Shown here: positions 52,634 through 64,000 of the stretch, piece by piece
Layout: each line of letters opens with the position of its first letter
Numbering within the stretch: position 1 is the first letter of the stretch
Source of the DNA: Octopus sinensis
Lineage: Eukaryota
Assembly: GCF_006345805.1 (NCBI RefSeq)
Contig: NC_043004.1
Coordinates: 11,966,001 to 12,030,000 of the forward strand
Direction: 5' to 3'
DNA: 64,000 bases
Made by a program: the position numbers and the translations under genes
The notes under the pieces: generated by a model
The model's database searches: none
Told to the model about the DNA's origin: nothing
Seen by the model: the letters and a program-made list of their open reading frames with translations, nothing else

Positions 52634-52996
52634 ATTATTACTATTATTATCATTATTATTATTATTATTGATAATAATAATATTAGTATCATCAAAAGGT
52701 CATCAAAGAGTGAAGGATCGTAGTTTGCAGAATTCCATTTTATGTCTAAAACTGTTGAAGCTAACTTTCGCTTTTATCCTTCCATGAACATTATAATAGC
52801 TTACCAATGTATCACAGAGTTCAACTTATACCCTCTTGCCACACTGGCACCACCCCAAATCACCTCAAACCACCTCTATGTCATAAGTAAAAATTTAAAA
52901 AAATACTTGCGACCTTTGACCTGTTTTCGAAATTATTCTAATTGCCAATGACATTGTTGTTGTTGTTGTTGTTGTTGTTGCTGTTGCTGTTGCTGT

Positions 52997-53028
<32 letters not shown>

Positions 53029-53262
53029 CTGCTGTTGTTGCTGTTGTTGTTGTTGTTGTTGTTGTTGTTTGTGTTCCTGTTGCAGTTGTTTGCTGATGAT
53101 GTGCTTCGTGGGAACGACTCTCTTGCTAAACACGCAGCTGTCTGGCCTGCCTGCCTGCATCACAAAGTGCATCTTATAACCTACACACACACACACACAT
53201 TTGCATATACACATTCACACGCACACCTACACAGATATATGTATATATATGTATGTGGTGTG

Positions 53263-53293
<31 letters not shown>

Positions 53294-53756
53294 ACACACA
53301 TATAAATATATATATATAATATATTATAAACACACATAATATATATATATATATATGTATGTATATATATATATATATAACACACACATATAAATATATA
53401 TATATATATATATAAACACATAAATATTATATATATATATATATATATACACACACATATATAATATATATATATATATACACACACATATATATATATA
53501 TATACACATATATAAATATATATATAATATACACATATATAAATATCAATATATATATATCAATATATATATATCAATATATATATATATATCACACACA
53601 CATATATATATATACACACACACATATTATATATACACACATATATAATATATATATATATATATATACAAACACACATATTATAAATATATAATATATA
53701 ATATATATATCACATATATATACACATACATAAATATACATATATATATGTATATT

Positions 53757-53981
53757 GGAGGCGCAATGGCCCAGTGGTTAGGGCAGCGGACTCGCGGTCG
53801 GAGGATCGCGGTTTCGATTCCCAGACCGGGCGTTGTGTGTGTTTATTGAGCGAAAACACCTAAAAACTCCACGAGGCTCCGGCAAGGGGTGTTGGTGACC
53901 CCTGTTGTACTCTTTAATGGCAGTGCCCCAGCATGGCCACAGCTCATAAGCTGAAACTAGAATCAATCAATCAATCAATCA
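53757..53981 (+). mobile_element. Chimeric SINE: tRNA-derived head of the 1366 family joined to the CR1/L2-group LINE tail
   Basis: 53757-53915 aligns to 1366-1520. 53916-53961 aligns to the LINE 3' UTR. (AATC)n tail. Confidence 0.8.
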
Positions 53982-54380
53982 TATATATGTATACACACAC
54001 ACACATATATGTATGTGTGTGTATATGCACACGTACATAGACGCTCCGGTATAGAAATCAATATCACCGACATCAAAAGAAGATTAACAAGTAAACAAGA
54101 ACAGCAACAACAACAACAACAAGAGCAACAATGGTAATGCACCGCACCTCCTCCTCCACCACTCACGCACACCCAATATGGCATCATCATTTTTTTTTTT
54201 GTATATATAATATATATATATATATTTATATGTTGGGTTCTTTGTTTCTGTTTTATCATGTTTCTAGGTCAATGTAGTGAATACACTGAAAACAGAAAGG
54301 AATCAGAAGATGATGTTACCCAGAATTCAGTGTTGCATTGCACTCCTATTTTTTTTTTGCTTTTTTTTTTTTGGTGGGGG

Positions 54381-54423
<43 letters not shown>

Positions 54424-55215
54424 TTGCTTGCTCTGTTTTAGCTCAGTGCTGCTGTCGGTGCCGCTGCTGTTTCTTAATGCTGCTGGTTCTGTGGAATTGG
54501 GAGAGAAAGTTCGGAGGTGGGGGTGCAGGTGCTAAATCATGGGCGGTGGGGGGGAGGACAGTGAGATGGTGCTGGTGGAAAGAGCTGTGTTAGGGTAAGG
54601 CCCTAGGTCAGGGTCTGGATGGTGGTGGTGGTGGTGGTGGTGGTGGTAACAGAAGAGAAAGAGAGAGGGAGAGAGAAAGAGAAAGAGAGATCAGGATGAG
54701 ATAGGAACATTGGGAGAATATTATGTGTGTGTATTTACATGTATGTGTTTATACATGTATGTATTTATATGTATGTTCATGTAAATGCATGTGTATGTAT
54801 GCATCTATGTATTTGTATGTGTGTGTATGTATGTATTTATATGTATATATTTATATGTGTATATACATATGTATTTATATATATGTGGTATATGTATGTA
54901 TTTATATGTGTTTGTGTATATGTATATATATGTAGTTATATCTATGTGTGTATATGTTTGTATTTATAGATGTATATGTGTATATATATGTATTGATGTG
55001 TGTATGCATTTATGTATGCATTTATATATATGTATGTGTGTGCATATGCATGTGTGTATATGTATGGGTGAGTATATATGTGTATACATATATATATGTG
55101 TATATGTGTGTGTATCATTTGTAAAAAAACATAAATCCGAAAGAAGTAAACCTCTAAGATATAGAGCAGTATATATTGATATGTATGTATATGTATGTCT
55201 GCATATATATGTATG

Positions 55216-55282
<67 letters not shown>

Positions 55283-56212
55283 ATGTATGTATATGTATAT
55301 ATATATGTATGTATGTATATATATATGTATTTATGTATATATATGTATATGTATGTATGTATATATATCTTAATCAATGTATATATATATGTATATTTAT
55401 ATATATGTATATGTATATGTATGTGTGTATATATATCTTAATCAATATATATATATATATATATGTATAATCTCATATACATTTTATTGATGTCTATGGA
55501 TTTACACTGGAGTGAAATGCCATGCAGTAAAAAATGTGTTCAATATTATTAAATAGAGTCAGATGGAATTTATTCAAAGCTGAATCTGCATATCTACTCT
55601 TGAATTTCTCGTACAGACTCGGCTATGTAGATATGAGATATATATATACACTCCGATGAAAGCTAGCAGTCTGAAACTCCGAAGGTACTATCATCCCTGC
55701 TTTTGTGAATGTTTGATAAATACTTATCTATTTCAGTATTGCCCACAGGGGATTAAACGTAGAGGGGACAAACAAGGACAGACAAAGGGATTAAGTCGAT
55801 TACATCGATCCCCAGTGCTTAACTGGTACTTATTTAATCGACCCTGAAAGGATGAAAGGCAAAGTCGACCTTGGCGGAATTCGAACTCAGAATGTAATGG
55901 TAGATGAAATACTGCTTGGCATTTCATCTGGCGTGCAAATGATTCTGGCAGCTCACAGCCCTTACTGATATACATATCACACACACACACACACACACAT
56001 AATACTCGCACATACCGGAGAAATAGTACTCAATAGCAAAATACATGTTAACAATATCTTTTATTTTGGTCATGTCTCAGGTGAATTAACTTGCTTGAAG
56101 ATTGTGTGCATCCACAGGTGAAACTACGAGCAGCAAGACACATACTCAACCGAAATCAGGAATCTCTTAGCTTAATGGTACAGATCACTCCACCAGAATT
56201 TGAGAGGTAGAG

Positions 56213-56755
56213 TTTCCGTCCACCGAATCCACTCACAAGGCTTTGGTCGGCCCGAGGCTATAGTAGAAGACACTTACCCAAGGTGCCATGCAGTGGGACT
56301 GAATCCGGAATCATATGGTTCGTAAGCAAGTTACTTACTGCACAGCCACTCCTAAACTTTAAAAAATAGGTGCAGGAGTGGCTTTGTGGTAAGAAGCTTG
56401 CTTCCCAACCACATGGTTCTGGGTTTAGTCCCACTGTGTGACACCTAGGGCAAGTGTCTTCTACTATAGCGTCAGGCCGACCAAAGCCTTGTGAGTGGAT
56501 TTGGTAGATGGGAACCGAAAGAGAATGAATAAAAGTATATCTCTTTCTCTTTCTCTCTTTTACTTGTTTCAGTCATTTGACTGCAACCATGCTGGAGCAC
56601 CGCCTTTAGTCGAGCAAATCAACCCCGGGACTTATTCTTTGTAAGCCCAGTACTTATTCTATCAGTCTCTTTTGCCGAACCGCTAAGTGATGGGGTTGTA
56701 AACACACCAGCATTGGTTGTCAAGTAATGCTGGCGGGACAAACATAGACACACAA

Positions 56756-56807
<52 letters not shown>

Positions 56808-56969
56808 GACAGGCTTCTTTCAGTTTCTGTCTACCAAATCCACTCACAAGGCTCTGGTTGGCCCGAAGCTATAGCAGTAGACACTTGCCCAAGATGCCAT
56901 GCACTGGGACTGAACCCGGAACCATGTGGTTGGTTAGCAAGCTACTTACCACACAGCCACTCCTGCACC
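56213..56969. mobile_element. Cluster of three family A SINEs (5' half minus, 5' half plus, full-length minus)
   Basis: 56213-56352 (-), 56368-56520 (+), 56555-56969 (-). Confidence 0.85.
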
Positions 56970-56979
56970 TATATATATA

Positions 56980-57025
<46 letters not shown>

Positions 57026-57064
57026 ACACATATATACACATATATATATATATATATATACATA

Positions 57065-57095
<31 letters not shown>

Positions 57096-57592
57096 ATAGA
57101 AGATGTAGACTTGACTTAAGGTTCCCTGTATTTCCAGAGGCAGTTATGTTGTGTGGGAAAAAGAAGGGAATAGGTGTTGGATGAAAAGAGTGTTGTAGCC
57201 AGATGAAATGAGTAGGGTCGGTTTGGGAAAGGGAAGATAGATAATTGTTGGATAAGGAATAATGGAATTCTGCTACTAATTGTATATTGTTGGAGAAACT
57301 GTGTCAGTTCTTATTCTGTGTGTATGCATCATATGTATATCAACATATATTAGTGTGTGTGCGCGAGCTGGTGTGTGTAGGTATGTGCTTGTTAGTATAT
57401 ATATATATATATTATATGTGTGTGTGTGTGTGTGTGCGTGTGGGGGGTGTATATATGTATGTATATATATATATATATTTTTTTTTTTTTTAAAGGGTTG
57501 ACTATGAATTGGTCCTTTAATTTTAAAAGATTTGTAATGTTTCTTCGTACTTTAATTTACTGGTGTAAATTAGCATAGACATGAACATTTAT

Positions 57593-57686
<94 letters not shown>

Positions 57687-59641
57687 ATATACACATACAT
57701 ATTTACTTACACACACATACAGCTGAGCATGTAGATAGATGGTTAGGTAGCCCATGCTTGCATAGAAGGCAGACAATAAATGATATGTATGTATCTATCT
57801 ATCTGTCTGTCTATCTAATTGTGTGTCTGTCTGTCTACCTATGTATCTAGTTGCTTGTCTGTCTGTCTATCTATATATCTATCTATTATCTAATTGTCTA
57901 TCTGTCTGTATATGTATCTATAATGTATGTAATATACTTATACACATATAATGCACATATATACATATACATTCATATATAAACACATACATGTATATGA
58001 TATATATATATATGTGTGTGTGTGTGTGTATATACATATATGTGTATATATAAAGGTTTTATACTCATGCACATGCTTGTTTATACACACATACCACATT
58101 CATGTATAAACATTGTAGCTGCCAAGTTAGAGATGGATGGTAAAAGGGTGAATCAAGTGCAAGAGATGTAACAAGATGATTCTACTAGTTACTTCTTGTC
58201 TAATTTTCTCAAGACATGCCAACACTCTTTACTAATCAATAAAATAGACTTACTCGCTTGGTTTATATTATCATCTTTTTATTTTCTTGGCTTTTTTTCT
58301 AAACCATGAGCAAACTGAAAACAGAAAGGTAACTGTTTGTTTTTTTTTTGTTTTTTTTTAATACCAGTAATACGCGGCTGTAAATAAACTCAGTGATATG
58401 ATCACCAGTATGTCTTTTATAGCTTCTGATTATTCTCTCTCTCTCTCTCTCTCTCTCTGTCTTTGTCTCTATCTATCTCTGTCTGTCTCACTCTGTCTCG
58501 CTTTGTCTGTTTGTCTGTCTGTCTATCTCGGTCTGTCTGTCGCTCTGTTTGTCTGTCTGTCTCTTTTAATCTGTCTGTCTCTCCCTCCCCTTTTTCTCTC
58601 TCTCAGTCCACGCTGTAAGGTGGTTGGAATTAGGAAGGGCATCCAACCATAAAAGCCATACCAAAGCAGACATTGTGGTTCAAATCAGTCCTTGGACCCA
58701 TCAGTCCCTGTTAAAACAGACAGTGGAGCTTGGGGCAATCCTCCGGCTTGCCAGCTCATGTTAAAACGTCCAACCCATGCCAGCATGGATGACCGATATT
58801 AAACAATGATGATAAAGTGATTAGTCAAGACTTTAGCTAGTGTCACACTGACTGATCTGTACCCCTAGAATAACACCAATCATTAATCATTCTATTGATC
58901 TTCGAAGAGTTACCAGCAAAACTGGCCTGTGCAAGACTTGAACTCGGGATGAGATGACAAACAGTTTCTAGCTGATGCCATTTATCCTAAAGCTATTATG
59001 AGGATATAAAATACAGCTTTGTCTTACACAATACTTTTACACATTGGCATAATATCAAGTTGATTAGAGCAATTTAATTGACCCCAGCACGACAGAAATT
59101 GGAACACAGTTCAGTAAAAATCCCTGGAGGAATGAGTTGTAAAGTTGCCTTTGATGTGGTTTGAACACCCAGTTTTTGGTGCAGGAATGGGACGAGAGTA
59201 AATAAATATTGCATAACATTTAGTCAAATATTTTTCTATTCCTGGCACTAACTTTACATTTCTCTTCTTGCCTGTTATAATTAGGCTTCATTTATTGGTG
59301 TATATTTGTATTTGTGTTTGTGTGTGGTATTTATATATACATAGACATGCTCCTATGTGTGTGTGTGTGAATGTTTTACGAAGGCCATTATTAATGTAAA
59401 GTTATGCAAAAATTTCATCTGACACCAAAAGGAGGTCAACAAACTTAATTTGTCAGACAAAGGCTTAGCATCCATCCTGTAATATACACAAACGTAGATA
59501 TGTAAATACTTACATACATGCACACATACACCCATATATATATATATACACATACACACACACATAAATACAAGCATATATACATTAACACAGATAACTA
59601 CTTGTATGAAAAATAGTTATGCCTCGTATACCAAATATTCT

Positions 59642-59676
<35 letters not shown>

Positions 59677-59835
59677 TTCTTTATGCACACATACAGATAT
59701 AGTATATGCGTGTGAGTATATGTGTTGTTCATCTGTAAGTTTTTTAAATACATAATTTAACACATGTATATATAGATGCATATATTTATGTATAAATATG
59801 TATAATCACACACACACACACACACACACATACAC

Positions 59836-59872
<37 letters not shown>

Positions 59873-61787
59873 ATATATAATATAAGTGGTTGTGTGTTTG
59901 TGTGTGTAAAAACCTGGTGGGTATTAAATTCCACAGCCAAATTTGGCAAGAATGTTGCCGTGGTGATTGATGTATTTATTACTACTTCTTAATTGATTGT
60001 ATTTACATATGATGGAGGATAGGGAGAGAGAGAGGTGTATGGAATATATTTATATATACATATATACACACATATATATCTATATATATATACACACACA
60101 GAGGGTTGGTGAAGTTTTGCATTGTAACCTTTTTGTTGGCCATTCCTTCACCTTATCCCACCGTAGCTTCCATTATTGCACCAATGTGAAAACCTCTATG
60201 TGGTTCCTGAGGCTGCTAGAAATAGCAGCCAAATCTCCCCCTCATTACACACTTGCCCCACATTGGAAAAACATTGGGTGGATATGGTTAGAAGGCCTTG
60301 ATCATAGGCCTCCTTGATGAAGGTGATCTAGGACTAAAAAAGAACAACATTAGGTTTATTCATCATCGACCTGCTAGAAACAACAGCCTAATTTCCTTGA
60401 AATTGCATGCCACCCCCCCATTATCAGTTCTACCACAACTCTTAACGAGACATCACTTGTATGGATTAGTTGTTGGCTCACAATGAGCTCATCTGTCCTC
60501 TGAGAGGTGTTGTTTTTAGTCCTGCAGCGTGTCCACAATGCCCTCCTCATCTGTCAAGCCATGCAGCAAGGGGGTGTTTAGTTTAGTTACTGACCACCCG
60601 ACACTGCTACAATCACTACTACCACCAACACCACTAAAACCAATACCATCACTACCACCAACACCACATCATTATCAATAACAATTGTACCTTCTATGTT
60701 AATGAAAACCTGATCAACAGCATCATGTTGTCAGTTTCTCTCCATCTTTTAGCTTTAGTTATTCTGATATGACTACTATCTAAGATATTATCTTCAGGGG
60801 TGTTTTTTCTTTAGAGCCCTCCATATAGCTCAGGTAATAAGTTACCTAAGAATCAGCAACTGACAATTTGTCACCTATGATGTACTGTGTTATTAGCCAA
60901 GGTATTTTTGATACTGGATGTCTCAATTATATTAACTATTAGACAGTGTTGTCATTTAGCCAAACATCAGCCCTGCTCAGGCAAGTCTATGGTCAAAGAT
61001 ATTTCAGCCGCAGGCATCCTATCTTTTCTCAGACATGATGTATCTTTTACTTGAAGGCGTTCTCTTCCTATGCAGCACCGGCCCTCGATGCCTTTTCCCC
61101 TCAGCTTTTGACTTTAGACTGTCTTTTTGTTTCTCTCCTGTTGAATCCCTGAATTTTCATCTCCACTTCAGTATCCCACCTTCATCTTGTTTTAGAACAT
61201 CTTTTCTTCTGACTCCTTAGTGGGTTCCATCCAGATCAGGGCTTGACATATTCCCCAAAGGAAGGCCTTCCTCTCCCAGGTCTTGTTGATTCTAAATTGT
61301 GGTCAATGGTTCTGTAACTTCCCCTTTTTCTAGTTAGGGGTGTTGACCATATGCAAACCTGTTTTGACTTCTGGTAAGGGGTGGCCATATTTATCTAGCT
61401 TCTCTCCTTTGGCCTCTCCAGTATGAGTGGCCCTACTGGGAGCTTCTGCCCACTGGCATAATTTTCATGGTCATGAAGGCATACAAGCCTCTACACTCCA
61501 ACAGTCCCTGGACCTTGTAGTGTGTGATTTATCTAAGACTACATTATTCAATATATACTTCTGATTCATTAAGACAGGAATGATTTGAGGGAGATTTTCT
61601 CCTGTTTTGGAAGATTGACAGAGATCTCTCAGAAATTTTTTGTAGTTGTACATCCCATGTCAACCCAAAATTAAGGGAATATCTCATCAGGGGCATTCAT
61701 GCTGTGCATCAATTGTGCCCTTCCTCTCCTAAGATGTTAAGATGTAATTTCAAGGAGCTTTGGGTACTAATTTGAGCAGGTTGAACA

Positions 61788-62211
61788 ACTCTCTTTTACT
61801 CTTTTACTTGTTTCAGTCATTTGACTGTGGCCATGCTGGAGCACCACCTTTAGCCGAGGAAATCAACCTCGGGACTTATTCTTTGCATGCCTAGTACTTA
61901 TTCTATCGCTCTCTTTTGCTGAACCGCTAAGTTACGGGGACGTAAACACACCAGCATCGGTTGTCAAGCGATGTTGTGGGGGACAAACACAGGCACACAA
62001 ACATATACACACACACACACATACATATGTACATATATGTAATATATATGATGGGCTTCTTTCAATTTCCATCTACCAAATCCACTCACAAGGCTTTGGT
62101 CAGCCTGAGGCTATAGTAGAAGACACTTGCTCAAGGTGCCACGCAGTGGCCTGAACCCGGAACCATGTGGCTGGTAAGCAAGCTCCTTACCACACAGCCA
62201 CTCCTACGCCT
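61788..62211 (-). mobile_element. SINE family A, full length
   Basis: Family match. Confidence 0.9.
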
Positions 62212-63292
62212 ATAACTGAGCATATTCTCTTAATAAGTATGTCCCCAGAGAATCTCTGACCAAATAAACCAAGAAGGTAATGACCCCCAGTAGTGACTCT
62301 GGTCAGTCAGATCTTATTAAATCTTCCAACCCATGCTGGCATGGAAAATGGACGTTAAAAGATGATACACATTGTCTCTTTTATTGTGTCCTTAAAATGG
62401 CATCCTATATTGTTTTTTATTTTTAGAGTATTCAAATATTTTACAACACATTTTTCGTAAGGTGTATGCCAATGCTTGTCAGGTATGATAAATGGGTATA
62501 CTGGAAGAAGTTAGAGAGCCATGCATTAGCCAATGTAATATTGGATATATAAACATAGCAAAATGATCATAGTTGAAATGCATTTGATCATAAAGATACT
62601 CAATCAATAGTAAACTCGGGGTTAAATATTATGAACATGTAGCCAAGAATAGCAGATATCTAGCCATTTGTATCTGGACTTCTGACATGAGAAAACAAAG
62701 GGTTTCAGTAAGATGGGGGGGGGGCGATTCAAATGGGTGATGGGTAGAGATAGAAGACTTTAAGATCATAATTGTGTTTTTATTTAATTAATTATTTCAT
62801 TAATTAAATTTATACTCCTTAATCTGCAGTATAGCAGCTGATTCTTAGTATCATATAAATAAGATGTAGAAGAGGCAAGGGATGGATGGATGGATGGATG
62901 GATGGATGGATGGATGGAGGCAGGCAGGCATTAGGTAGGGCCATCCTAACGCATAATCTCTGCATGATAAAACAGAACTTAAATAGCCGAACATATGGAA
63001 TCCATCATTTCTTTGGCTCAATATCAGTAACTGGCACTATTCCCTTGGCAGTTGTTCCTGTTATAATCATTAAGATGACATTGTTTTTATACATACATTT
63101 ATTATTGTTGTTGTTGTTGTTGTTGTTTCAGTTTTTGTTTTTTTTGTTTTTGTTTTGTGATTGTTATTTTTTTATTATTATTTATAAGCCATGGATTGCA
63201 CAGGTCTGCAATAATTCATCAGTTTCATGTTGCATATTGACGTGAGTTTCCATCAGTGTGAAGTGTGTTTGTACGTGTGTGTATGTGTGTGC

Positions 63293-63331
<39 letters not shown>

Positions 63332-63779
63332 TATACTCATATATGTATACATTATGTATGCACGTATTTGAGCATATGTATAGGTATCTATGATTGAGTA
63401 AGCATGTATTTGTGTGTGTTTGTGTCTGCGTGTGCTTATATATATATATATATATATACACGCAATAAATATATATAGATGTACTTGCATAGCAAGTGAC
63501 CTGATCTGAGATCGTGTGCTGGAACGAAAACAATTGCAGCAGGGAAGGTGTTTATAAGCCATTTAAGAAACGCACAAAAACCGTTAGATTCATTTCAACA
63601 TTTAAATTTGCCAAAATATTTTCGTCGCTTTGAGACCGCGACCTGTTCACTGACAAAATTCCGTGCTGCATCACACACATACACACACACATATATATAT
63701 ATATATAATGTATGTGCTTATACTTATGTATGCTTCCATCTACATATATATAGATACACATACACACACGTGTGTGTTG

Positions 63780-63985
63780 GGCCATGGGAAAAGCACCTGT
63801 GCCAGTGTCACATAAGAAAAGCCCAGCACACTCTGAAAAGTGTTTGGGGTTAAAAAGGGGCATCCAACCGTAGAAACCAAGCCAAATCAGAATAGAATCT
63901 AGTACAGCTCCCTAGCTTGCCAGCTCTGGTCAAACCGTCCAACCCATGCCAGCATGGAAAATGGATGACGATGATGATCATGATA
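63780..63985 (+). mobile_element. Family B retroposon
   Basis: gggcatccaaccgtagaaacc...caaaccgtccaacccatgccagcatggaaaatgga plus (GAT)n. Confidence 0.75.
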
Positions 63986-64000
63986 ATGACTCTGTGTATG

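Overview
AT-rich, repeat-saturated eukaryotic non-coding DNA (intronic or intergenic). It is most likely octopus/coleoid cephalopod, inferred from the tRNA-derived SINE families and the extreme (TA)n/(CA)n/trinucleotide microsatellite load. No complete protein-coding gene is supported, and almost all listed ORFs are translations of microsatellites or SINEs. Recognisable content: dozens of SINE copies from at least four modular families; 3' fragments of CR1/L2-group, Tx1/L1-like and R4/Dong-like LINEs; a non-autonomous Helitron; a Helitron helicase relic split by a TTAA MITE; mariner-type MITEs; tandem duplications; and a dimeric ~125-bp satellite. The most interesting signals are (1) a fold-back element at 13.0-13.7 kb joining a tRNA-like segment to a Penelope-type minimal hammerhead ribozyme, with further hammerhead motifs at 26.6 and 27.1 kb, and (2) a LINE-derived 3' stem-loop with covarying stems shared by a LINE, the main SINE, a tRNA-Glu chimera and a SINE-head chimera. 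A few isolated candidate exons are low confidence. All calls were made by eye and boundaries are approximate unless termini are quoted.
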